Notes under the pieces: generated by a model | The model's database searches: none | The model's input: only the letters and a program-made list of their open reading frames with translations | What the model was told of the DNA's origin: nothing | Made by a program: the position numbers and the translations under genes | Part shown: positions 8,748 through 16,263 of the stretch, in pieces | How positions within the stretch are numbered: position 1 is the stretch's first letter | Layout: each line of letters begins with the position of its first letter | IMG/VR virus record: IMGVR_UViG_3300032226_000526 | Span: 1-42,578 of that record | Direction: 5' to 3' (one strand) | DNA from: a virus | Taxonomy: Duplodnaviria > Caudoviricetes | Length of the DNA stretch: 42,578 bases

Positions 8748-9216
8748 TAAAAAATTGTTTTTGATTTTTGCATTAGTATTATTAATCCCAAGTGTATCCC
8801 TTGGTAATGGTATATCCGTATCGGCCTCGGAAATAGATAACCCCAGTGGGAGTCGTTGCCGCGTGGTGTTAACAGACTACCGACCAAACTCTAGCGTTAT
8901 GTATGTTGGGAATTGTGGTTGGACAGGATTAAAAGGTATTGGGGCCTACGTGCAGGCATGGAACCACTCAAACCATATCAAGGTAGTGCGTGGGCATTTT
9001 GAATCAGGCACCGTCCAGTCATTTGCCAAGGTTACATACATAAACAGACTAGAGGGCATAGTGCAGACATACGAGGAGAGTATGTTTATCACCAAGAATT
9101 TAAGGCAGTACGACCTAGCCGATTTAATATCCGACGCAAACCAATCCGGTTTGCATTTTAATAACACCGTGTTTGCTTATATTAAATTTGCAAATTACGT
9201 TGACATAAGAGAATAA
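8725..9216 (+). CDS. putative exported protein
   Basis: AGGAG SD; basic N-terminus plus hydrophobic stretch LFLIFALVLLIPSVSLG resembling a signal peptide. Confidence 0.6.
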   Translation: MQKKLAFNKKLFLIFALVLLIPSVSLGNGISVSASEIDNPSGSRCRVVLTDYRPNSSVMYVGNCGWTGLKGIGAYVQAWNHSNHIKVVRGHFESGTVQSFAKVTYINRLEGIVQTYEESMFITKNLRQYDLADLISDANQSGLHFNNTVFAYIKFANYVDIRE

Positions 9217-9217
9217 C

Positions 9218-9526
9218 ATGAAAAAATTATTAGGTGGGATCATTGTATTAGGCTTAACGGCCTGTTCGTCAACCCCACAAAAACAAGTATTCGCAGTTCC
9301 AACCAACGGACAAAATGTGCCGATCACATCGGTGGCTAACATACCGGCCATTTCGTTTGTGTACGAGCCCGACGTAACACAAATGAGTAGGCTACAGGTT
9401 ATTGATGCCACTCGTCTATGTGAAGACGCGGGCCTCAAAGCATCACCAGTAACCGCGCGCCGTAGAATTACAGGACAAACGTCGGACGTTATTGTTGATA
9501 TTCAATGTGTGCCACGGTACCGTTAA
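9218..9526 (+). CDS. putative lipoprotein
   Basis: MKKLLGGIIVLGLTA-C lipobox. Confidence 0.75.
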   Translation: MKKLLGGIIVLGLTACSSTPQKQVFAVPTNGQNVPITSVANIPAISFVYEPDVTQMSRLQVIDATRLCEDAGLKASPVTARRRITGQTSDVIVDIQCVPRYR

Positions 9527-9535
9527 GGAGATACC

Positions 9536-9670
9536 ATGATTAATATTATTGTAGGTTTTGCTCTAGGTTTTTTTGTTGCCACGATGGGGCTCACAGGGGT
9601 AGCACAAACTGTTGACAACGTCATTAATAAAATAAAAACAACCACCATCAAACTGGAGGAATCAAAATGA
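9536..9670 (+). CDS. small membrane protein (44 aa, not in ORF track)
   Basis: AAGGAG SD; MINIIVGFALGFFVATMGLTGVA. Confidence 0.6.
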   Translation: MINIIVGFALGFFVATMGLTGVAQTVDNVINKIKTTTIKLEESK

Positions 9671-9903
9671 CTAACAAAAAACCGCCGTTTAGTGTAGTGT
9701 TTGATGAGGGTGTGTTTGATGAGCTCGCAGAAGACTCAGACCTGACACAGGAAGAACTCGACGCATTTGTTGCTGGTATTTTTGAACTAGCAGAAAGTGG
9801 CGAGATCGTTAATTACTCCACACCAGTAGAGGAGTTACCCGAAGAAGAGCAGGCTGAGATCATTGATATGTTAAAGCACAAACAAAAGAAGACGAGGCAC
9901 TAA
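9667..9903 (+). CDS. acidic hypothetical protein
   Basis: GGAGG SD, 78 aa. Confidence 0.7.
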   Translation: MTNKKPPFSVVFDEGVFDELAEDSDLTQEELDAFVAGIFELAESGEIVNYSTPVEELPEEEQAEIIDMLKHKQKKTRH

Positions 9904-10424
9904 TGAAAAAGTATGACTACTACAAACTAGACGTTGGGTTTTATCCTGACGTGATGAAGGTTTGCTTTTCAAACAGTGTATTCCAGCAGATACTAAAAGA
10001 CCACAAGGTCACCATGAAGGCCGAGGCGTTAGACATCGGCGTAGCAGAGACGCACCTGATTGGTGATGGCCAAGATGGATTGGTTATCTTGGTGTTTAAC
10101 TTAGAGGCGCTTACCGACGGCATCGACGAAGTAATCGGCGCGATTGCGCACGAGGTCAGCCACGCAATTGATCATTTGGCCGAGTACATCGGCGAAGATG
10201 ATGGCATCAAAGGGGAGACGCGCGCCTATCTTAGCGAGTCACTGGTACGACAATTGTTTAAGATAACGATGGCGGAGAAAAACAACAATGCTAGAAAAGC
10301 AGATCGAAAAATATCTCGTAAAAAAGGTAACACAAAGCAAGGGGCTAACGTTCAAGTGGATATCCACAGTGGCGGGGGTGCCGGATCGGCTAGTGTTTCT
10401 GAACAATCAGGTCCACTTGGTTGA
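9903..10424 (+). CDS. HExxH zincin-like phage protein
   Basis: IAHEVSHAIDH..GETRAYL. Confidence 0.65.
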   Translation: MKKYDYYKLDVGFYPDVMKVCFSNSVFQQILKDHKVTMKAEALDIGVAETHLIGDGQDGLVILVFNLEALTDGIDEVIGAIAHEVSHAIDHLAEYIGEDDGIKGETRAYLSESLVRQLFKITMAEKNNNARKADRKISRKKGNTKQGANVQVDIHSGGGAGSASVSEQSGPLG

Positions 10425-10560
10425 GCTAAAGACGGGAACCGGCCACCTATCGCCTAGGCAGGTCTTAGTGTTTGACCAGCTCGGCGAAGCCGGCTTTCCG
10501 GTGTACATACTACGATCATACGAAGACATCGAGGAGTTTATCCGTGACGCGACCACCTAA
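10288..10560 (+). CDS. VRR-NUC domain nuclease
   Basis: LEKQIEKYL, AGVPDRL, LVELK, LSPRQ motifs; just upstream of the SNF2 helicase. Confidence 0.85.
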   Translation: MLEKQIEKYLVKKVTQSKGLTFKWISTVAGVPDRLVFLNNQVHLVELKTGTGHLSPRQVLVFDQLGEAGFPVYILRSYEDIEEFIRDATT

Positions 10561-11380
10561 ACCAACGGACTACAAACACGGAGATTTCCACCATCCCACC
10601 GGCAGAATTTTTTCCGGCTATACATGGCGACAAAATTTTTGGCATGCCAACCTGTATCACAGCAGGACTAAGGAAGAAGCACACATTGAGATAATGTATA
10701 ACAACGCACTTCAACGAGCCAGATTATATAAGTTACCGTTTGATATTGACATTGAGTACCTTAAGTCAATCAAGACAGATAGGTGCCCCATATTTGATAT
10801 GGAGCTATCGTGGGGAAAGATAGGGGAGGGCCACAAAAACATGGCAGCAAACTCCCCGTCGCTAGATAAAATAAAGCCGGAGTATGGGTACATAAAGGGC
10901 AACGTCTGTATTATCAGCAACAAAGCAAACACCATAAAAAATAATGTAAACTACGAAGAACTATACAAAGTCGCGGATTGGTTATACGAAAAAGAAAAGG
11001 ATGTAGAAAAAAATGTTAAACCGGAACAGCTTGCATCAATACCAAAAAAATCTAATCGAGCAAGCAAAGACGATCGACAACTTGGGTTTGTTTTTACCAC
11101 CGGGCTTGGGGAAGACAGCGACGACGCTAACGATTATCGCGGAGCAGTTCAAGGGGAAAACTCTTATCGTAGCGCCAAAGAGGGTAGCGGAGACAGTATG
11201 GGACACGGAGGCAAAGAAATGGAAACACCTGCAACACCTAAAGATAGCCAAGATCCTCGGGACACCGGCTCAACGGTTGACAGCGCTCGCGAGTTCTTCG
11301 AACGTGTACGTAGTCAATCTCGAGAACTTGATTTGGCTACTGGAACAGCCCGAGGCAGTATTCCAAAACCTAGTAATTGA
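10544..11380 (+). CDS. HNH-type (homing-like) endonuclease with C-terminal extension overlapping the helicase
   Basis: GTG start behind GAGGAG; CPIF...NSPSLDKIKPEYGYIKGNVCIISNKANTIKN. Confidence 0.75.
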   Translation: MTRPPKPTDYKHGDFHHPTGRIFSGYTWRQNFWHANLYHSRTKEEAHIEIMYNNALQRARLYKLPFDIDIEYLKSIKTDRCPIFDMELSWGKIGEGHKNMAANSPSLDKIKPEYGYIKGNVCIISNKANTIKNNVNYEELYKVADWLYEKEKDVEKNVKPEQLASIPKKSNRASKDDRQLGFVFTTGLGEDSDDANDYRGAVQGENSYRSAKEGSGDSMGHGGKEMETPATPKDSQDPRDTGSTVDSAREFFERVRSQSRELDLATGTARGSIPKPSN

Positions 11381-12353
11381 CGAGTCCAGCCGGTTTAAGG
11401 ACCCCAGCACCAAGCGATTTAAGGCACTTAAAAAGCATTTAAAGGGCTTCCAGAGGCGTTTAATCCTCACGGGTACACCTACCCCTCAGGGCATCGGAGA
11501 TCTCTGGTCACAGGTAGGCATATTGGACTTAGGGAGCCGTTTAGAGACGTCCTTGACCCGCTTTAGGGACAAGTACATGGAGCCGGACCAATTTAACCGC
11601 CATACACGCGTGGTATATAGCTGGAGGATAAAGAAGGGCATGGACAAGGTAATCCAAGACAAGATCTCAGACATTTGTTTTAGCCTGAGGGCCGAGGATT
11701 ATTTGACACTACCGAAATTAACTGAGCTGTATCACAAAGTAAACATAGCCCCAGCGGAACGTACACAATATGACACACTTAAAAAAGATATGGTCACCGA
11801 GCTTGGGACGGAAACGATCACGGCCCCCACTGCTGCCGCGCTCGCGGGTAAGCTCTTACAATTCACCAGCGGGGCAGTCTATTCCGAGGATGGTGAGTGG
11901 CACGAGGTCCATACGGCTAAGATGGAATTTCTTGAGTCGATCTTGGAGGAGTCCTCGTCCCCGACACTCATTTTTTATCACTTCAAGCACTCGCTTAGTA
12001 GACTCCAGGCTAGGTTTCCGGAGGCTGTCGTGCTTGATGATACCAACATACAGGCGTGGCGTGATGGTAAGATCAGAATTATGCTGGCGCACCCGCAATC
12101 AGGTGGCATTGGGCTCAACTTACAGTGTAACGTTGGAGAGACAGCGCAGACCGTGTGGTATGACCTGCCGTGGAGTTCAGAGAACTACATACAAGCCAAC
12201 GCACGGATCTACCGCCAAGGCCAAGAAAAACCGGTTATTATTCATCATCTGACCATAGCCGGCAGCATCGACGAACAAGTGGTCAAAGTATTGGACGGAA
12301 AAATAAATTTGCAGGACGCCCTGCTAAACGCCCTAAAATTTGCATTAGTATAA
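11013..12353 (+). CDS. SNF2-like superfamily 2 helicase
   Basis: LHQYQ, PGLGKT, VIDESS, LTGTP, GIGLNLQ, QANARIYRQGQ. Confidence 0.92.
   Translation: MLNRNSLHQYQKNLIEQAKTIDNLGLFLPPGLGKTATTLTIIAEQFKGKTLIVAPKRVAETVWDTEAKKWKHLQHLKIAKILGTPAQRLTALASSSNVYVVNLENLIWLLEQPEAVFQNLVIDESSRFKDPSTKRFKALKKHLKGFQRRLILTGTPTPQGIGDLWSQVGILDLGSRLETSLTRFRDKYMEPDQFNRHTRVVYSWRIKKGMDKVIQDKISDICFSLRAEDYLTLPKLTELYHKVNIAPAERTQYDTLKKDMVTELGTETITAPTAAALAGKLLQFTSGAVYSEDGEWHEVHTAKMEFLESILEESSSPTLIFYHFKHSLSRLQARFPEAVVLDDTNIQAWRDGKIRIMLAHPQSGGIGLNLQCNVGETAQTVWYDLPWSSENYIQANARIYRQGQEKPVIIHHLTIAGSIDEQVVKVLDGKINLQDALLNALKFALV
12339..12350 (+). promoter_or_regulatory. TTTGCATTAGTA motif upstream of the ACP gene
   Basis: Exact copy in the last codons of the helicase, 17 nt before the ACP ATG. 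Confidence 0.7.
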
Positions 12354-12367
12354 TATAAGGAGAAAAA

Positions 12368-12667
12368 ATGACAGACTTAGAACTTATAGAGCTAATGAAC
12401 GGGATTGTCAAACTGGCCAGGCCAGTGAGTGCTGACGATCTAAAACTAGACAGTCTGGATGTGTTAATAAAAGATACCGGACTAGATAGCCTTGATTTTT
12501 TGATGGTTGGCGTATATCTATCCGACGTGTACGGTGTGTCTGAGGAGGTAATTAAAGAGATGAAGATGACACCGGAGAGCACCGTACGTGATTTTGTTAA
12601 GTACATGCAAGACAATAAAACCAAAGAGCCTGCCAGTGTAAAAGAAGCCTTAGAAAGTATTCAATGA
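12368..12667 (+). CDS. acyl carrier protein (ACP-like)
   Basis: Small acidic protein with DTGLDSLD phosphopantetheine-attachment motif, ..LSDVYGV.. and TVRDFVKYM; AAGGAG SD. Confidence 0.85.
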   Translation: MTDLELIELMNGIVKLARPVSADDLKLDSLDVLIKDTGLDSLDFLMVGVYLSDVYGVSEEVIKEMKMTPESTVRDFVKYMQDNKTKEPASVKEALESIQ

Positions 12668-13773
12668 GCATTTATTTAACAGACTACCGCACAGCGCACG
12701 CGACGCACGTTGACCTCTTTGATGAGATGGTGTACCCACAACGGGCCTATTGGTTTCCTGAGCTGTTTGCAAAGAAAGACACGGGATTGATCTACGTGCC
12801 ACACAAACTAGCTGAGAAAGTTTTAGATGCGCGATTACTAAAATCCCTCCGCGATAGAGCCGGTAAGACTGCGTTTATTTTTGCTTCCGGAAATGCGCAC
12901 CTTGCCGGCATCAATCCATACGCTATCAAGAAAAGTCGTTTGACCTATGACTACAAACTGTTACCGCTCACGTTAACACAGGTCTACGCGGGGCGTATTG
13001 CTCAGTCGTGTGGCGCGGATGATCTTGTAGTAACCGACGCCAGCGCCTGCGCGTCTAGCCTAAAAGCTATGTCTGACGTGTTCCAGATAATGACATACCA
13101 AGGGTTTGATAGAGTGTGCGTGCTAGGTGTAGAAGACACCATCAACGACAAGGTATTGCATTTCTTTGGTGAGTCGGGCGCGTGCTTGACTGCCGACAAA
13201 GAAGAGCAGGGCATCAAACCATCGGCGTTTGATAAACACAACGGCGGGTTTTATATTGGGCAGGGCGCCGTGTTTGCCGTGTTTGAATCAGAGCGCGTAG
13301 CACAGAACGCACAGGCCAGGTTGTTGGGCGCGGGTGTGGCGAGCGAAAGAAGTACCAACGCTATTGGCCAACGAGACGACGGTGAGGGGTTTGTTAGGGC
13401 CTCGGCGCTAGCATTAAAGAACAGTAACACAAGCCCAGGGGAGATCACAATTGTTAAAACGCATGGTACAGGGACTAAGTCAAATAACGTGTCTGAGAAG
13501 GCGGCTTTACAGGCGCTGTTTCATACGCCGTTTGTTGCGACGTCATTCAAGCAAATCATAGGGCACACAATGGGCGCCTCGGGTTTATTAGAGACCTGCC
13601 TGTTGTTAGATAGTCTAAAGTCTGGTGTAGTGCCAGCTATACCAAACAGGACCGAGAATGACACAGTATTTTTATCTGAACCCATAACAATAAAACGCAA
13701 GCCTAAGATTTTGAGTCAAGCGGCCGGCATGGGAAACATTTACGCATCAGCAATTTTTGATACCCAAGTATGA
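12664..13773 (+). CDS. beta-ketoacyl-ACP synthase (divergent FabB/FabF-like)
   Basis: Catalytic Cys in SACASSL, His in THGTGT..N, His in FKQIIGHTMGASG; GFYIGQGA; ATGA-coupled to ACP. Confidence 0.9.
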   Translation: MSIYLTDYRTAHATHVDLFDEMVYPQRAYWFPELFAKKDTGLIYVPHKLAEKVLDARLLKSLRDRAGKTAFIFASGNAHLAGINPYAIKKSRLTYDYKLLPLTLTQVYAGRIAQSCGADDLVVTDASACASSLKAMSDVFQIMTYQGFDRVCVLGVEDTINDKVLHFFGESGACLTADKEEQGIKPSAFDKHNGGFYIGQGAVFAVFESERVAQNAQARLLGAGVASERSTNAIGQRDDGEGFVRASALALKNSNTSPGEITIVKTHGTGTKSNNVSEKAALQALFHTPFVATSFKQIIGHTMGASGLLETCLLLDSLKSGVVPAIPNRTENDTVFLSEPITIKRKPKILSQAAGMGNIYASAIFDTQV

Positions 13774-14081
13774 AGAAGATAACAATATACAAAGTCCGCG
13801 CAACGGCCCCGCGACTCAGCGATGAGGACCCAGACCCTATTGAGCAGGACGAGACAGAGGGTGTGTCGTCTAGCATCATTGAGGGCTGGCTACCCTGGGA
13901 TCCGGAGGATATTACTGACGTGCGTAGATTAGTTGAAGAGAAGTTACCACCCAAGCAAAAGTTTATTATAGACTCGTTTTTGGATGGGTTGACATATACA
14001 GACGTGTGCGTAACAGAAAAGTATTGGCGCTATCATTTTGCCAAAGGCGTTGAGTTAATCAGAAAGGAGCTAAAGCTATGA
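13770..14081 (+). CDS. hypothetical protein with sigma region-4-like C-terminal helical domain
   Basis: KLPPKQKFII..FLDGLTYTDV...AKGVELIRKEL resembles the sigma r4 pattern LP.RQR.I....Y..G.TY.EI. Confidence 0.5.
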   Translation: MKKITIYKVRATAPRLSDEDPDPIEQDETEGVSSSIIEGWLPWDPEDITDVRRLVEEKLPPKQKFIIDSFLDGLTYTDVCVTEKYWRYHFAKGVELIRKELKL

Positions 14082-14278
14082 GCCACTTTATTGTGGAGTA
14101 TTTATACAATGACAAGTACATGATGGAGACGCTGATGGGCGTCGAAGACATTGACCTAAGCCACAGTCGATTTGATAATTTGATGGGTGTATGGCAGTGC
14201 GAGACAATGGACGAGGTAACTACGATGCAGACACAGATACGGGAGATGAGAAATGCACGACGCAGTGAACAAGCCTAA
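14078..14278 (+). CDS. hypothetical protein
   Basis: AAGGAG SD, ATGA overlap. Confidence 0.65.
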   Translation: MSHFIVEYLYNDKYMMETLMGVEDIDLSHSRFDNLMGVWQCETMDEVTTMQTQIREMRNARRSEQA

Positions 14279-14456
14279 ACACTACACAGATCACCCCAGC
14301 GGCGTCGAGTGCATACAGATCACCGAGCATATGGGCTTTTGCCTTGGCAACGCAGTAAAATATATTTGGCGCGCCGACCTTAAGAATGACGCAATTGAAG
14401 ATTTACGTAAGGCGAGGTGGTATCTTGATAGAGAAATTGAACGGAGAATAACATGA
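14253..14456 (+). CDS. DUF3310 family protein (T7 gp1.7-like nucleotide kinase family)
   Basis: DAVNKPKHY, ECI, GFCLGNAVKYIWR, EDLRKARWYL. Confidence 0.85.
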   Translation: MHDAVNKPKHYTDHPSGVECIQITEHMGFCLGNAVKYIWRADLKNDAIEDLRKARWYLDREIERRIT

Positions 14457-14611
14457 TGACGAGTATTGGAGTAACACTATTAATCACAGGCATACTTGCC
14501 TATAGCGTGACGGATAATTTTAAGCCAGACTGTGCGCTTTGGAAGCGATTGGTTATCAATTGCATTATCGCAGTTGGCGTGCTGTTAACAATCGTGGGGT
14601 ACTTATTATGA
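14453..14611 (+). CDS. small 2-TM membrane protein (52 aa, not in ORF track)
   Basis: GGAG SD, ATGA overlaps at both ends, two hydrophobic helices. Confidence 0.55.
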   Translation: MMTSIGVTLLITGILAYSVTDNFKPDCALWKRLVINCIIAVGVLLTIVGYLL

Positions 14612-14850
14612 TTCAAGGGTTAACTATAACGGTAGACTGGGAGACCGCCGACGCAATTATGGAGGCACACCTACTAGACACGTATCACTCGTTAACTGAC
14701 AACATAAAAGTTTTAAAGTCTAAGAAGAAACTAAAAGACTTTGAAAAAGAAGACCTAGAACATTTTGAGCGTGTGCTTGAGGGTATTGAAATTATTGGCT
14801 CGTGGTATGTGTATAACTTTGACAAGAAGAAACGGAAGAAAAAGAAATGA
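14608..14850 (+). CDS. hypothetical protein
   Basis: Likely start MIQGLT at 14608. Confidence 0.65.
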   Translation: MIQGLTITVDWETADAIMEAHLLDTYHSLTDNIKVLKSKKKLKDFEKEDLEHFERVLEGIEIIGSWYVYNFDKKKRKKKK

Positions 14851-15140
14851 ACCTATGGAGCGAGTACGACCGGTTTGACCTGGAGCAAGACATCCTTAAG
14901 TGTGCACAGGTAGAGGATTACCTTGACGAGTTCTTACGGCAGTACCTAGACAAGGCCGAGCATATGTCAGAGGACGACGTGTATAACTACATCAGTGGAA
15001 TCAAGTATGCCTCAAAACTTCAAAATCAACGGCTGTGGGATGGCTTTGAGCAGATGGTGCACAATGGGCACTTTGTGCACTTAGCTAAATATAAACCAGA
15101 TGTAGACGTAGAACTTAAAATAAAGAAAGGCAAAAAATGA
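14847..15140 (+). CDS. hypothetical protein
   Basis: DRFDLEQDILKC motif; ATGA overlap. Confidence 0.7.
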   Translation: MNLWSEYDRFDLEQDILKCAQVEDYLDEFLRQYLDKAEHMSEDDVYNYISGIKYASKLQNQRLWDGFEQMVHNGHFVHLAKYKPDVDVELKIKKGKK

Positions 15141-15343
15141 GCGAGGAATTATTAGATGATTTTAACGTGACGTTGGAGTTTTCTGTAAAGGAAATTAACG
15201 CGTTGTTAAATGTGTTGGCGCAGGGATCATTTATTCAGGTTGTGGGGTTTATTACCGCAATCCAAAAACAAGCGGGACCGCAGGTTAAGCAGGCAAAGGA
15301 TAGCCTAGAGGCTGTTGAGAAAGCGCAGAAAAATGAATCTTAA
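15137..15343 (+). CDS. hypothetical protein
   Basis: ATGA overlap, 68 aa. Confidence 0.7.
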   Translation: MSEELLDDFNVTLEFSVKEINALLNVLAQGSFIQVVGFITAIQKQAGPQVKQAKDSLEAVEKAQKNES

Positions 15344-15545
15344 AGATTTGTTAAACCGGGCCGGTATCCGTAACGATGTCGATAAGGCACTGGCAGACAA
15401 AGAGGAGGCTAGGGAGAAAAAGATTCAAGAAATGGCCGGGGCAGTGACCCGCCTAGTTATTAACCAGTCAATTAAAGAAGCCAAGGCTCGCGCTGCAGAG
15501 CGCGACAGACTATTAATTAACCCGGATGGGGCGGAAAAGAAGTAG
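15333..15545 (+). CDS. hypothetical protein
   Basis: Likely start MNLKDL at 15333. Confidence 0.65.
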   Translation: MNLKDLLNRAGIRNDVDKALADKEEAREKKIQEMAGAVTRLVINQSIKEAKARAAERDRLLINPDGAEKK

Positions 15546-15547
15546 AT

Positions 15548-15559
15548 TTTGCATTAGTA
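15548..15559 (+). promoter_or_regulatory. TTTGCATTAGTA motif with GGGCG 14 nt upstream
   Basis: Exact intergenic copy. Confidence 0.7.
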
Positions 15560-15632
15560 GATATAGGGCTAGTAAGCTGTCGGGAGACACCCGAACGTCC
15601 TATTTTACATACACAAACACAGGAGATTTACA

Positions 15633-15890
15633 ATGAACCCATTTGAATTACGCTATGACTTACTCAAGACCTCCAAGGAGTTCTTAACCGAGCAGTATAA
15701 CGCTCAGCTAAAGGCCTGGGAAATAGCAGACGAGACAGGTAAAAAACTACTCGAGAAGGCCCCACAGTTCCCCAACATGCACGAGATCATTGACAACGCA
15801 ATCGAGATGAACAAGTTCATCAGCACCACGATCGAGGCACAATTGGTCGACGGCGTTAAGCGCTTTAACCGTATCACTGCAGTATTTTAG
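15633..15890 (+). CDS. conserved-looking phage hypothetical protein
   Basis: CA-rich leader plus AGGAG SD; MNPFELRYDLLK...P...EII..A..MNKFIS. Confidence 0.8.
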   Translation: MNPFELRYDLLKTSKEFLTEQYNAQLKAWEIADETGKKLLEKAPQFPNMHEIIDNAIEMNKFISTTIEAQLVDGVKRFNRITAVF

Positions 15891-15894
15891 TATT

Positions 15895-15941
15895 GGTTGC
15901 GACTTTTTTGAACCACTTTACAAAAAAGTCGCGACTTTTTT
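15895..15941 (+). terminator. long hairpin plus U tract (terminator or RNA processing element)
   Basis: GCGACTTTTTTG (15899-15910) pairs with CAAAAAAGTCGC (15921-15932), followed by GACTTTTTT. Confidence 0.55.
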
Positions 15942-15946
15942 ACAAT

Positions 15947-16027
15947 GGGGTAGGTAAAGTTTTGACGAGGGGCCAAGGCTAATATGCAACCCAGCGGACC
16001 ACGGGGCAGTACCGTGCTACTCCACCA
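15947..16027 (+). ncRNA. mini-tmRNA (tRNA-like domain only), Ala-type acceptor
   Basis: GGGGTAG/CTACTCC acceptor stem with G3-U70, A73 and encoded CCA; unpaired D-loop analogue ending TTTGAC; GGAC linker; T-arm CACGG-GGCAGTA-CCGTG. Confidence 0.75.
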
Positions 16028-16107
16028 ATTAATCATCGCGTCCATCGCTCTATACTTAACCTACCGGTTAGGTTTAGAGCTTTGGTGCATAACTTATGGA
16101 CTATTAT

Positions 16108-16263
16108 ATGGCAACTAAACCTGGCCTCTACGCCAACATTCAAAAAAAGCGTGAACGTATCAAGCAAGGATCCGGCGAAAAGATGCGCAAGCCCGGCACC
16201 GCTGGCGCCCCAACCAAGGACGCATTTATTCAGTCTGCAAAGACCGCTAAAAAACCAAAATAA
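16108..16263 (+). CDS. small basic phage protein (51 aa, not in ORF track)
   Basis: MATKPGLYANIQKKRERIKQGSGEKMRKPGTAGAPT..AF..SAKTAK, a recurrent phage peptide family; TAATG-coupled to the next gene. Confidence 0.75.
   Translation: MATKPGLYANIQKKRERIKQGSGEKMRKPGTAGAPTKDAFIQSAKTAKKPK

Noticed and set aside
8767-8778. Exact motif copy listed as a separate promoter feature
   Set aside because: It lies within the signal-peptide codons (FALV) of ORF 8725..9216 with no obvious SD-backed start nearby; counted in the motif tally, but its function is uncertain
15947-16027. Canonical tRNA-Ala(UGC), since UGC occurs in the loop (UAUGCAA)
   Set aside because: No D-stem, no 5-bp anticodon stem flanking a 7-nt loop and no UUC T-loop; the layout fits a tmRNA tRNA-like domain better
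15996-16027. attP fragment duplicating the 3' end of a host tmRNA or tRNA
   Set aside because: The complementary 5' acceptor strand is present and no integrase gene is in the window
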